64,000 nt of DNA from the human T2T-CHM13v2.0 reference genome, Homo sapiens (GCF_009914755.1 NC_060931.1), one strand, 5' to 3'; shown: positions 31,499 through 47,677, counted from the first letter of the stretch. Translations and numbers: made by a program. The notes: generated from the letters alone by a model not told the origin.

Positions 31499-33834
31499 TT
31501 ATTTTTCCATATTGCTTCTTGCCATCTGACGTATCATATATTTACTTAGTTGCTTATTGTCTGCCCTGTGTGCAGGGACTTTGTTTTTTTCACTTCTTTA
31601 TTCTCAGAACCTATAGCAGCACCTGTCTTATAAGATGCTTAGTAAATGTTTGTTGAATGAATGAATGTGTTGGTGGGTCTTTCTGCCTGGTGAACTTCAC
31701 AGTAGGGTGACTGCGCAGCCATTTCAGTAGGTGACACCCCTGTCCCATAACCCTCTTAACTATTTGGGGGTATTTTATCTTGGGCTGGATACCTGAGTAT
31801 CTGGAAGCACCTAATTAGATATTGAATTGTCTTTGGGCTTATTTTTCTGTATGACATAAAGACAACAGTTGAAGCATTATCAAATAGGAAACCCTAGATG
31901 ATCTTGCCTTTGTGTGCTGTAGAACCTTGTCAAGGTCACTGTTGTAACCAGTTTCTGACTTAGTTTCGAAGATGGTACTTAAAAATCAAAACTTCATTGT
32001 AGAGGATTTTGAACATATGCAGAAGTAGAGAGAAGAGCATAATGAATTCTCTCTCCCCATACCCGGGCCCAGCCGTCTCTCACCGCCAGGCCTGCTTCAA
32101 TATTCAATAGTAGCACCGGGTACTTCCTCTCTGAAGAGAGAACTTGGAAGGACACATTGCCTAAGATTGCATTTCAGTTATATTTGCAAGAACTTAAGTT
32201 AGGCTTTAGGAAGCCAGCAGGGCTCTGAGAACATAGACTCCATCGAGGGATTGTAGGAGATTTGAAAGAAAAAGTAGACATGTTTTTCTAGGTTATTTAG
32301 GGTCTGTCCTACATGGGAAGTAAGGAGCAGACATTTAGGCCACTTCTCCCATCTTTCAGCTGTATTGTGCAGAAGTTGGATTGACGAAGTGTTGTGAATC
32401 TAGTACTGCCATTGACTCGCCTGCACATCTCTGCAGACGTACATGGGAAGTTGTGTGACAAAACAGAATATCCTTCCCCTAGACGTTGGTGGTCCACTGC
32501 AGGGATGGTTGTGGGGTTGAGCCCTGGGAATCTGGCTCTGAGTCTCTCCTTCTGGGACTAGATGCTTCCCGTTCCTGCATCGGCTTCCGGAGTGTGGAAC
32601 CACCATTCAAAGCTGTTAAAGACATGGAAGTGCCGTGGATGACGCCATAGCTCAGCTCTGCCAGCAACTTAACCAAGGTTCCAGTTCCGGAATATCCAGC
32701 CTTTCATTTCTTGGGGTGTGGGGGCCCAGTCATCTGGCAGAAGTCATTCAAGCCCGACATTCTTTTGGCCACACCGTGCTGCCTTAGATGAGCTTTTCTG
32801 TAGTAGTCTCCATCCTAGTTAGTGTTTTAAAATGGGAATGAAATGGCACTTTGATAACAAATTTTAGTGGAATAGTCTGAGAGAAACCAGCAGCTTCGTA
32901 TAAAATGATCTCATTCACAGGTATTTAATTAGCACTCAAATTATATAACCTTTCTGCAAGTGTGAGGGAGCAGTTGGGCTGGCTGACCTTGAAAATCACT
33001 TTTGAACAGAGGAACTCTTCCCTGTCTGTGATTAGCACACAGAGCGATCTGTTTCTCTAGGCTGTTGAGATTCTGGCTTAGGGTCTTTGTGGTATCTCTG
33101 ATTCATGAACGAGATCATCAGTGCACTCTTTACTGTTGTGTGTGACTGAGTATATTTACTGCCACGCTTCATTTCCCTTTTCCTTTCCTATATTAGAATA
33201 CCTGAGGGAGATTCTAGGTTATTTAATGTTCTTATAAATAGATATATTGTTATATTATGGCAAAGAAAACACTTTGTGACTTAAAATTCTGTGTACAGGA
33301 AACCTTGATGATAGATGGGTTTGTAAGTTTGAGGCGTTAAATAAAAATGTGTGATCTGCAATAATTGTTCAGATTTTTTTCCCCAAGTAGTGTGATGATG
33401 ATTCATTTTATTAAGTCTCTGGGCTGCAGTGCTACTTGTCAGGGTGTTAGAAGAGGAAGACAGGCTTAGTGGTCCTAACGTGCTAGGAGAAAAAGGCCCA
33501 AACGATGTGTTTTAGAGATGGGCTTTATGTTGGGCCCATTTGGAAGGTTGCTGGCCCTTAGCTTCCCTCAGTTCTATGAGTTTTCTTTGTCTAACCTTTG
33601 TCTAAGTAGCCACCATTGTTAATTTTCAAGTAGGCACAGAATTCTCCTATGCAAATTCCCTGAGGCAAGAGGGTCTGGGCAAAACAGAAAACAGGCGAGA
33701 TGTGTAAGGACCTGGCCCTTGCTTTACACTTGCTTTTCCAGTTAGAAGGCAGGATGCCCTCATGCCTGTGTCTGTGCTGTCAAGGATGGACCCCTGCCAG
33801 TGGGATTGGCTTTCTTCAATTAATGCATGGACCA

Positions 33835-34713
<879 letters not shown>

Positions 34714-35239
34714 GCGCAGTGTTCAGACTAAAACAAATTTAAATCACATCTTAGATGGCACCAATTAAGATTCCTGTTTTGTTCCTAAACACACGTTGGC
34801 ATAGAGGTCCGAGGGCTGTGGCTCTGCCCGTGTGTGGGGCTTTCTTCTGAGTCCTGTGCTCCAGGGGCTCCCTGGGGAAGAGGCTGCCTTTGGATTCTCG
34901 CTTTGCCTGCACTGAGTAGAATGCACTGATGGCCTCCAGTAAGATGAGGCTGTGCGAGAACATGGTGCGTGTGGGTAAACACCTGTTTTTGAGGGAGAAC
35001 ATAAATTGGAGGAAATCCACTTTTTGAGATAATGTATTTCTTAATAAAACACCTTAGTTAGGCAGCTGAAGCAAAATGGGTACATGTTTGTGGGAGTTCT
35101 TGGGGCCCTGGGGAGTAAGCATCTCACCACTCCAATACAGTGTATGTCAACAGTGGGAAAATGTCCCGAGTAAGAGTGTAAAATTGTTGAAGGATGCTTC
35201 TCTTATAATCTTATTTGTTTGACCCTGAAAACGTAAGTT

Positions 35240-35823
<584 letters not shown>

Positions 35824-36637
35824 CGTAAGTTTATTCTGTGATCCGGTAGGTTGGTTATGGTTTCTTTCTGTTGTTGTTGTTTTTCCTGTTTCGTTCCCTT
35901 GCTTGCTTATTTTCCCTCGCTTGCTCATGCCCCTTCATCGCTCTCTAACTTTTTTCCCTTTTTCTTACCCCGACTTCTACCTGAATGCTAGGCGCTGGGC
36001 TAGGCTCTGGGGAGTCATTGGTGGATTATACAAGCCTGGCCCGTGACCCCATTCAGCTTGCAGCCTAGTGGGGAAGGCATATGGGCATTTGCAACATGGA
36101 GTGACAGATTCCATGGGCCGATGCACGGTAATTGGGGGTGCACAGGCAGGGACTCCAACCGCGGGCCTCAAGGATGGTTTCTGAGTTGAGCTCTGATGGG
36201 CAGGGATGAATGAATGGTGGGGGCAGGGGAGCATGTCATGTTAGCGTCTCTGGGTGGTGGAAGATATGAGAATGAATTGGCAGAAGATCCATCTGGAAGG
36301 ATGGAGAGAGGGTCATCATAGCTCATAGTAGAGAGCTGGCGGGGAGTGATGGAGTCGGGGCTGGGAGGTCAGAAGTAGCCAGGCAACGTTGGATGCTGAA
36401 GCCTTATGAAGGAATTTTGCCATTAGGTTAAAGATGGCGAGAAGCTGGGGGTACAAAATTCATCAAATAGGAAAGGATATAGCACCTTTGTGCTATACCA
36501 ACAAATAGGAAAGGATATAGCACACTCTGTCCCCCAGCCACTCTGTTTCTGTCCTTGCAGGTAGCTGCTGTTATATGTGCACCTACTGGTCTTTGGCTCT
36601 TCTTTGTTTTTCCTTGTTTTCATTTAAGCATCTGTCC

Positions 36638-37052
36638 TAGAGATGGGTTGGATGGTGTTCCCCCTAAATTCATACGTGGAAACCCTAACCCCAGTGCCTC
36701 AGAATGGGACCTTATTTGGAGAGAGGGTCTTTACGGGGATGATCAAGTGAAAATGCGGTCATGAGGGTGGGCCTAATCCAGTGTGACTGCTGTCCTTATA
36801 TATAGGAAGAGGAAATTTGGACACAGACACACGTAGAGGGGAGATGATGGGAAGAGACTTAGGGAAAAGGCAGCCAGCTGCCAGAAGCAAGGAGAGGCCT
36901 AGAACAAACCCTGCCACCACAGCCCTCAGAAGGAGCCCATCCTGCTGCCACCTTGATCTTGGACTTGGAGCTTCCAAAACTAGAGAATAAATTTTGGTTA
37001 TTTGAGTCACCCAGTTTGTGATACTTGATTATGACAGCCCTAGCACGTTAAT
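36638..37052 (+). mobile_element. MLT1-type LTR
   Basis: cccctaaattcatacgtggaaaccctaacccc...gacagccctagca. Confidence 0.75.
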
Positions 37053-38340
37053 GGCCATATCAAGAGTAGGCAAGAATATGGATTATAAATTATGATATCT
37101 GCTTTCTTCCATTTAAACTTTTAAATTCATTTAATAAATGAAAGCTTCAAGCATGCAAGACATAGATACTGTAATGAATTCCCACACAGCTTCCACCCAG
37201 CCTGAATTAGCTGCAGCCCATCTTTCTTCATGCTGCCCCCGTCCACTTTCTCCACGCCCTCGTGCTGTTTGGAAGCAAATTCCAGACATCATTAAGTAGG
37301 TCACTATCTCCAAAAGATAAGGACTACATTTAAAAACAAGCACATGACCATTATCACTCCAAGGAGAAATGAATTACATTTTCTTAATATGGTCAGTTAG
37401 TGTTCAGATTTCCAATAGCCTGAAATGTCATAGTTTTTAAAATAGGTTGAATCATGATTCAAATAACATCCATATGTTGGAATTGGTGGGTAGGTCGTTT
37501 AAGTCTTTTAATGTTTGCCACTCTCCCTCTCTTCATCTCTTTCTTTTTTACATTTTCCTAGGCTTTTCTCCCCAAGTGTTTTTCACAGCCTGTGTTTTGC
37601 TGATTACATTCTTGTGGTGGTATTTCACATGTCTCGCTATTCATAATGTTTCCTATACATTGACATTTGGATCTAGGTGGTTGATTAGATTCAGGTTTGA
37701 TATTGTTTTTGTTTGCTTGTTTTGGGCAGTACTGTTGCATAGGTGGTGATGTGTTTTTCTGTCAGGAGATAATGTCTGTCTTTCTGTGTTATCAGCTATT
37801 GATATAAATTTCATGTGTCATAAAATGTTATTTTGGATTAAAAATACGATTTAAAAACGTGAATTCTTAATTATTCTTAGCTTTCAGGCCATACCAAAAC
37901 AAAAACTGTGGGCAGGATTTCACCCAGTGGCCACAGTTTCCTGATCCCTATTACCCGAAGAGAGCAGCTGCTTAGACCACAGGGGTACCAAAGTTCAATG
38001 TTACAAAACTGTGATACATTGTTTTCTAAGGTAGTTGTGACACCAGCAGTGAATAAGCAGCTCTACTTCCTGAACCGAGGTCTTTACATTAGCAGTTCAC
38101 TTTAAAAGAAACCAGGGCTCTTTGGGGAAATGATTGATAGGAGGTTTGAAACAGAAACTATAAAAGATGAGCCTGGAACAACCCAGGGAACAAGAACTCC
38201 ACCCAGGCCTGCCGGGACCCTGTGGGAGGGCTTGGGAGCAAACCGCTTTAGAGGCCCTGCTTGCCAAAGACAGGACAATGGGAGTGTCAATCAGAACAAC
38301 CACAACGGATGGAAGCCTGTGGGTGCTTTAAATCCATTAG

Positions 38341-38707
<367 letters not shown>

Positions 38708-40623
38708 CCAACTCATTTTTTAAAAACTGGCAAAGAGAAAGATTGAAGTATCTAGTCTGCCTTTTCCTTATGACTTGAACCACTGGGTAACCAAATAGTA
38801 AATGTGAGGAAATTTCTCTTTATAAAAGCATATCCACTAGTGACTGAACAAGGAATGACAACATTAGGATATCCAGCATTTTGTAATCCCTAATGGATCT
38901 AAATATTGATCATCATTTCTTTTTATCTGTGGCCTTTAATTTTTTTTTTAATTGAATCCCAAAATGGCTTCACAGACAACTCTTTAGTTAATTACATATG
39001 GGTCCAGTTTCATCTGAGGTTCTAGAGATCGTGAATCAGATAATTGGGCTGGAGTTATAATGGTTGAATTAATAGGTGGTATTCCTGGCTTACCTTGAGT
39101 CATTACTGAGAAATTGCATTCTCCAAATTACCTGTCTCTAAAACAGATAATATGTACCTACCTCTTAGAGTTTCTCAAGTTTTCTGCTTATTGAATCAAG
39201 TTCTAGGTAGCTATTAAAATGCTTTGAAAACTATTAAATGAAAACTCACAGAATGTGCTGTAGACATGCCGGGTGTTTTTTAATCAGTGTCTTGGGGAAA
39301 GCATACGTATTCCGCCAGACCTCATGTGGTGCTTGCTCTCAATTTGTGATGGGAAAAGCTGCCTAAATGTATGGTGATGCCTGTTCTTGATGTTGTTTGG
39401 TAGATGACTGGCTCGACGTATGCTCTTCTCAGTGCTGTAGGCTGCATGTTAAAGCTGCCTTTCTTTATCAGGTTCTAACAGCTGCAGTCAGGAACTGTGT
39501 CAGGGACTGGTTTCTAGTTTGACCACGGCGGTATAGGGATTTTATTTGTGGTTCCTCAAGTCTAGAATTTACTTCCTCTCTGTGGTTTCTGCAAACCCAT
39601 CTCACCTTCCAGCCTATGTTTGATTTCCTCATTTTATGGAAGTTTTTTTTTTTCATTGCTAAATAGAGTTTTTTTTTATAGCACAGTGCTTTTGGATTCA
39701 TCAAAAGAAAAATACTTTAAAGTTTTAAAAAGGGGTAACTAAAAATGTCTACTTGAAGCTACCTAGTCAATTTCTGAGGCAGTAGTTTTAATGGGACTGT
39801 TAGATACTGAGGTTGAGTAAGTGTGGTTCACACTGAGGAAATCTAAGGGAGAGTAGGTGCCCTGCAGACCCTAGCAGAAGTAAGTGTAGCAGAGAGCTAG
39901 GGCAAAGCGTGGCATAGTTCATTGGTCTTAACCTGGTTATACTCTTCATGCCTATCTAGTGACTCACAGAGGACACTTTCATGAATCAGATAATTAGGCT
40001 GGCATTCATACAGTCCTTATCCAGTTCTGTAATAAATAAGTAGTTTGTGATGCTTAAAAAAACAAAACAAAAACTCTGGGTGCAAGAGAGGAAAAAGTAA
40101 GTCAAGATCAGCTATGTGGAGTTTGAGGAAGTATAAACTACCCTAATTAATGACAGACTTGGGTTCAAAGGACAGTGGGCTGTTTTTAAGTGTTAAAGGT
40201 TAACCACATAGAGGCAGAGCAGTGGGGTTTCAAGGAAAGCGAGGGAGCTTGCACCCAGCACACCTAAACTCAGTCTGGCCTGCCACTGTCCCACCTGGGT
40301 TCATGGGCATATCAGTTTCTTCATCTGTGACGTGGAGCTGGTCGTATTACCTCAGAGGTATTGTGACAGCCAAATGAAATAATGCTGTATTTTATCAAAT
40401 GTCAGATGAGGTTGATGATAAGTCACACCCTTAGTTTTGTACCATTAAAAAGAAGAAATGCTGCCAGTTAAGCTAACTTGAAGTGTGAGATGCACCTGAA
40501 ATTCAGAGATGCAGTGGACAAACTGTGTGTTATTTTTTCTTTTTATTCTCCCTTACAATCCAAATGCGTCTTTAAAAACAATCAATAAAAAACAGTGTAC
40601 GTGAAAGCGCTTTGCTTTCCTCA

Positions 40624-40941
<318 letters not shown>

Positions 40942-41459
40942 TCAGTGCCTCAAGCTCCTCACTTAGTTTAGGTTTTCCAAATGGACACAAGTGTGTCTGT
41001 GGTTAGGGAGTTCTTGTTCTCATTGAAAGTTGACTTCCTCCAGATTGGTTTCAAGAGGAAGCACCGAGTTACCTCCTGTGTTAAATGTATGGGCTTTCCT
41101 CTGTTTTAGACTTTGTTGATTTAGAACTCGGAGATTCTCAACACCCCTTGGTTAACTGTATTATTCTTAAGCACAGACTGAGCCCGCATGTAACAATGGT
41201 GTTTCAGCATTGCTTTCACAAAGGGACCTTTTGTTATTGAAAAAGAACTTAGTTCTGTTTGCAGTTCATTTTAGACTTCCCTGATCTTCACTGAAGCTTA
41301 TTTTAGATTCAAGAATGTGTTTTGCTCACCTAGGAGTTTGGGTTAGTTTTTCCTCTCTTCAAGTACCCTAGCTTCATTTAAGAAAAAAATAACCTCATTA
41401 ATTTATCTCTCTGCCTTCCTTTTGGTGCATTTGAACACTTAATTAGCCATAGATGAGGA

Positions 41460-41813
<354 letters not shown>

Positions 41814-42209
41814 TAAAACTCCAGTAGCTGAGACTTTAATAGTTTGCTCTAACAAAGAAAAGGTTCACAACTATCCTAGTTGAATAATATGTTTTCCGGA
41901 TAATGAAGAACTTGCTAAAAATAAGATGTAAAAATCTTTATGCTCTAGATAGGGATGGGAAAAGGCCAGGCGGTAAAATATTTTAGGCATTGTGGCTCAC
42001 AGGCAGTATCCTTGGCATATTCTTTTTTTTTTTTAAACAGCCCCTTAAAGATGTAGAAATCATTCTTTGCTGGAGAGTCAGGGGAGGCCCCCCACGCAAC
42101 AGCAGGCCTCAGGCTGTAGTCTGCAGGCCGCCTCCCTCCCTGCTTATCATGACCAGAGCTCCTTGGAGCAATGGCTGGTTCTCAAGCAGAGTAGGGAAAA
42201 TATGAGGAG

Positions 42210-43310
42210 CCTGGAGCTTCCTGTCGTGCCCGGAAGTAAGGAAGAGTTGGAGAAAAAGGGAAGGATGGGGCATGCCAAAAAGATCCAGTAGTCACCTTGG
42301 TAGAGCTCCCAGTGACAAGGCTGGAATCGTTGGAGCCACAAAATAAGTGATGATGACTTTGGATTACAGCCCGGAGAATAAATATCCGTGAGTCCATAAG
42401 TATATACATGACTGAATAAAATAAATAAGGGGAGGAGAGGGGACCAATCTTCCTTACAGAATTCCAAATAACAAATGTAGAAGAAATGAGGGAAATAGAA
42501 AATCACCTTCCAAACATCACAGTAGTAATTGCTGTAGGCAAGATGCCCTGACAGATGCAGAAAACTGGTGTGCAAGACCTGAAGGAGAAACAGGCAGTTG
42601 CATAGCCTCAAAGTTTCTTCCCCTGATATTACTAATTACTGGAGGGTTTTTAACCTGTGTCTACAGACTCTACTACTCCTCCCTCCAGGAAGTACAGCTT
42701 ACGTCCGTTCCCTGTGGGCCAGCATTGCTTTCGAGGAATAGAGTATGAGAAGGGAAAGGTAGGCCTGCAGTGGGTTGGTGACGCCTGGTGGGAGCCACCT
42801 GGCCCATGGGATCAAAGTCACCTCACCAGGCATAGGTCATGCGCCCTGCTGTGCAAGCAGGACAGTTCACCCCACTGGAATTCTCTAACTCCTTCCCAGG
42901 TAGCCACAACCTTGGTCTAATCCTGAGAAGACATTGGGTGGCCCAGATTGAGAGACATTCCACAAAATAACTGACCAGCACTCTTCAAAAGTGTCAAGAG
43001 TTATGAAATGCGAGGAAAGACGAGAAGCTGTCAGAGACTGGAGGAGCTGAGGGGCATGTGGTGATTAAATGCAACGTTGGTAGTTTGGATTGAGTCTGAA
43101 AAGAAAAAAGGACTAAAGTGGAGAAAACAGTAAAATCCGAATAAAGCCTGAAGTTCACTTCATAGCCTTGTTACCAGTGTTACTGTCCTAGTTTTGATCA
43201 GCATACTGTGGTAATGTACGATGTTAGCATTAGTGGAAGCTGGGTGAAGGCTGTATATGAACTCTCTGTATTGTCTCTGTAACTCCTCTGTAAATCTAAA
43301 TTATTTCAAA
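42210..43310 (+). mobile_element. L1MC-type 3' fragment
   Basis: caaaataactgaccag...ctctgtaaatctaaa. Confidence 0.65.
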
Positions 43311-43472
43311 GAAACAGCAGCTTCTTATCCTGGATGGATCATCAGCTTTTTCTCGAGCATTATTTTATTAACCCTTACACCCATTTGTATGTAGAGGAAA
43401 ATATATTGATTCACTAATTAAAGTTGATTTTGGAATGTACATGTTTTTAATATTATTTATCTCTCTTTCCAG

Positions 43473-43600
43473 GGGAGGCGCCACCTGCTGCAGAAGTTTC
43501 CTCATCTTTTGTGATCCTGTGTGTGTGCAGTTTAATAATATTAATAGTGTTAATTGCAAACTGTGTATCCTGCTGTAAGGACCCAGAAATAGACTTTAAG
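43473..43600 (+). CDS. LMTK2: LMTK2 exon 2 ([42 protein letters not shown]; TM helix and Cys cluster)
   Basis: Acceptor ctctctttccAG, donor AAG|GTGAGC; 128 nt, continues exon 1 frame, ends phase 0. Confidence 0.97.
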
Positions 43601-43679
43601 GTGAGCACAGAGGGTAGGAACATTTAAAATGGTCTTCCAATATGTTTTTCAATAGAATAACTGGATAGCACAGTCCTTT

Positions 43680-43910
43680 GGGAACAGGATCAGCAGATTT
43701 TTTTTCTTCCCCTAATGGCCAAATAGTAAATATTTTCTACCTTAGTGAATAGTAAATATTGTGGGCCATACAGTCTCTAAAACAGCAGCTCAACTCTGCC
43801 AGGATAGACACTGTTACCAAATGGTCATGGCTTTGTGCCAATAAAACTTTATTTACACAAATAGGAGGTTTGGATTTGGTGCATCAGCTGTAGTTTGCTC
43901 CGCCTCTGTC
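43680..43910. mobile_element. MER58-like DNA transposon remnant (related pieces at ~37840-37950 and ~41950-42145)
   Basis: ggccaaatagtaaatattt...tgtgccaataaaactttatttac. Confidence 0.65.
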
Positions 43911-45280
43911 ATTGACAATAACCACTTGCCTGTGGTGAGTTGAGGTTCTTGCTGAGTGAGGAGTGAAGCGTGGTGATTGAATTCACTGTTGTCCGTAAGG
44001 GCTATGAGGAAGAGCAAGATGATTGTTCCCCTCCACCCCGAAACTTCTGTAGACTGGTGAATTTGTGGTCACTGAGATTACTGAGGCAGAGGGATCCCCC
44101 AGTGTGTTTTGTGAAAGAGGAAGATCATTGAAACCTCAAGTTCCCTAACAGGGAGGAGGAGGCTGCAGATTGTAAAGTCCTGGCCAGGGAGGGTAATAGA
44201 GAAGATCTGGTTATAGCAGCAGACGGTGGAATGGACCAGTGAACCAGCCAGGAAGGCCTCTAGAACTTACTGCATGCCTGCTGGAGTGCATTCGGCCTAT
44301 GTAAATACTTGTTATAAAGGAATACATGGGGGGGAGAAGGAAGGAATGTGGCGTGCAGAGAAAATGGTCCTTAATGTCACTCCCTGTTGACCGCGCAGGG
44401 CTGGCCCAGGAGCCTGGAGGTCCAGTGGTTCAAATTGAGGGAAAAAAAAGGTCGTCTTCTGGCTAAAGCCTTGTTTTCCCTGGACATGGGGCCCTGGTCT
44501 TTAGAACCTCATGGCTGTTTTTGTGTGCTGTCTTTACCCCAAGCCTTCTAGTAGCGCTGAGGAGACACACAGATGTGCTGTTTTCTTGGGTCAGCACTGG
44601 CCGTATACACACAGAGGGCTGAGAACACAGGAGGGTGGTTGGAAAACACTAATGGAGATCAGTTCCTTTAGAATATTTTGCCCCAGACCTGTAGAGTTTT
44701 ACTCACAACATCAGTCCCTAGGCCTTAGAACCCCTACACACACTGCTATGGCGCCTGCTGACGGCACTAGTAGTAGGGGCACAGTTGTCGGTGGACAGTT
44801 TGTGTCCCTTGCTTGTTAGTCTTGCTGTGGGACTTTACACAGAAACCTGGCCATTTCAGGACAAAGATAAAGCCTGATCAGTGTTGCTGATACTGAAATC
44901 CAGTCTCCATCTCACATTTCATGATGCCTCATTCTTGCCTTAGATCATGCAAAGCTTTTTGAATCTCAGGATTGAATGCGGGAGTTCATTTGAGAGCCAG
45001 GAATCTGTGTTGTTACCAAGCTTCCCCCGGAGATGCTGGCGCAGGGGCCGCAGTGTCTTAGAGGACTCTCCAGCTCTAGAGTCTGTGTGACTGTGTAAAG
45101 AGTATTTCCATCTGTGATTTATTGGCTTTCTCTAGATTTAAAGCTGTGCAGTTTTAGAGCTGATGGTCCGTGGAAGTCATTTTACAGACCAGGAAGCTAC
45201 AGTCTGGTAACACAGGTGACTTGCCGACATTCATCCAGATAGCCAGCAGCAAAACTTTAAAAGTGACCCAGGCTTATCTA

Positions 45281-45572
45281 ATTTTTCTTCTTTTCTTTTT
45301 TCAGACAGGGTCTCTCTCTGTCACCCAGGCTGGATCACACTTCACTACAGCCTCAACCTCCCAGGCTCAAGCAATCCTCCCACCTTAGCCTCCCGAGTAG
45401 CTAAGGTTACTGCAGGCACACGCCATCATTCCCTGCTAAGTTTTGTATTTTTTGTAGAGACAGGGTTTCACCATGTTGCCCAGGCTGATCTTGAACTACT
45501 GGGCTCAAGTGATCCTCCCGCCTCTGCCTCCCAAAGTACTAGGATTACAGGCGTGAGCCACCGGGCCTGGCC
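45281..45572 (-). mobile_element. AluJ
   Basis: Alu consensus. Confidence 0.85.
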
Positions 45573-46234
45573 ATTTTTCTTATTTTTATACTACATTACC
45601 TGGTCTGAATCTTTAGAATCATCTGTTGGTATATCTAGTGGTACATCATGCTGCTGCCAAATTTTGAATGGCATTATTTTAAGGTAGGAGTGATGGACAA
45701 AATCATTTTACAGAGAGAGCCCTATTTAGGAATGTCCAAAAGAAAATTGAAGGATTTCCTCTGTTCAAAAATCCCCTCCCAGATTGAAGTTACGGTACCT
45801 CATTTTTCTTGCTCCCAACTCCATCAATACAAATAGCAATAATGTCCTTTAATGCACTGGAGAACATACATGAGAATAATGTCTTCTCACACGCATATGG
45901 AAACACAAGTGTTAGAGAAATCTACCATTGTAACTTTTAGTTTCTTTCTTGTATTGGATGGGGGCTAGGAGAGGTGGTAGAGAAAATGAAAATAAAAGTT
46001 CATAGACTGTTCAGTGGAGAACAGTCTTGTTCACTGATCTGTTCCCAGCTTCTGTTATGGTGCCTGGAGGGCTAATACATGTTAATTATCTGAACAAATG
46101 ATTTGATGAATGACTTGATAATTGGCCGTGTCTATGGTAAATTAACATGGATATCAAGGTATACCAGTTCACCAGAATGGTGACGGAAGAATTGCGATAG
46201 CTTCCCACCGAACGTCATGTAAAAGGTTTCCACA

Positions 46235-46240
<6 letters not shown>

Positions 46241-46265
<25 letters not shown>

Positions 46266-46587
46266 TTCGTTCTTTCGTTCTTTCGTTCTTTCGTTCTTTC
46301 GTTCTTTCGTTCTTTCGTTCTTTGTTTCTTTCTTGAGATGGTCTCGCTCTATCACCCAGCCTTGACCTCCCAGGCTCAAGCAGTCCTCCCTCAGCCTCCT
46401 GAGTAGCCAGGACTACTCCAGTAGTCCTGCGCCACCATGCCTGACTAATTTTTTTAAATTATTATTTGTAGAAACAGGGTCTTGCCATGTTGCCCAGGCT
46501 GGCCTAGAGCTCTCGGGCTCAAGTGATCCACCTGCCTCAGCTTCCCAAAGTGCTGGGATTACAGGCATGAGCCACTTTGCCTGCCTG
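46241..46587 (-). mobile_element. AluJ with (TTTC)7(GTTCTTTC)6+ tail
   Basis: Alu consensus plus compound STR. Confidence 0.88.
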
Positions 46588-46914
46588 CATCCTCAGTTGT
46601 AAAGTTGTCATCTTTAGAAAGCCAGACGTGCTTATATGTTAATTACACTTATGCGTCACATGGTTTTTTTAGTGACCTTTGTGGTTCAGATCCTGGTGAT
46701 TTTTTTTAGCTAATTTAGTAATGTTTCCATTGTTACTCTTTTCAGAGAAATAGAACTCACTTAAAAATATCTTTTCTGAGTCTTTCAACATTTATTTTGA
46801 TAGAAATCACATTTCAATTAGAAATGCATATACAACTTTAAAATAAAATGATTTATTTTGATTCAGTATGCAAAGAATCATGTCACAAAAGTAATAATAT
46901 TAAAAGAATTGCTT

Positions 46915-47222
46915 GGCCAGGCGCTGTGGCTAACATCTGTAATCCTAACACTTTTGGAGCCTAAGACAGGAGGATTGCTTGAGATCAGCCTGGGCAACAT
47001 AGGGAGACTCTGCCTCTACAAAAAAAAAAAAAATTCAAAAAATTACCTGGGCGTGGTGATGCGTGCCTGTGGTCCCAGCTACTCGGGAGGCTGAGGTAGG
47101 AGGCTCACTTGGTTCCTGGAGGTCCAGGCTGCAGTGAGCCATGATCATGCCACTGTGCTCCAGTCACTGTGCTCCAGCCAGGCAACAGAGCAAAACCTTG
47201 TCTCAAAAAAAAAAAAAAAAAA
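46915..47222 (+). mobile_element. AluJ
   Basis: TSD aaaagaattgctt. Confidence 0.88.
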
Positions 47223-47532
47223 GAATTGCTTAAACTGTAGTCATTTGAGAGTAAATTTTTAAGCCTAGAAAACTATTTTTGTGTAAATTCCATTGCATTT
47301 AACTTCAAACTAACAGTTTAAAAACTTACATGAAATATGTATAATTTATTTTCCTGTCTTATGTATTCTGCTGTTTGGAGTCAGAGAACAAAATTACATA
47401 TGCTTTTTACTTAACATTAAGTACAAACTGGAAAAAAATAATTGTGGCAGCAAGTTCCAAATCATTGTGCAAATATGTTCCTATTTTAAATGTTAGCCAA
47501 TGGTTTTTAATGCTTGCTCTCTTTCATTTTAG

Positions 47533-47677
47533 GAATTTGAAGATAATTTTGATGATGAGATAGATTTCACACCACCAGCAGAAGACACTCCCTCTGTTCA
47601 GTCCCCAGCAGAGGTCTTCACACTTTCAGTACCAAATATTTCACTCCCAGCTCCCTCGCAATTCCAGCCTTCTGTAG
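47533..47677 (+). CDS. LMTK2: LMTK2 exon 3 ([48 protein letters not shown]; acidic juxtamembrane linker)
   Basis: Acceptor ctctctttcattttAG, donor TAG|GTAAGA; 145 nt, open frame, ends phase 1. Confidence 0.97.

Noticed and set aside
32320-32460. TACATGGGAAGT repeated twice ~110 bp apart
   Set aside because: Only two 12-mers, no array or flanking similarity; likely chance
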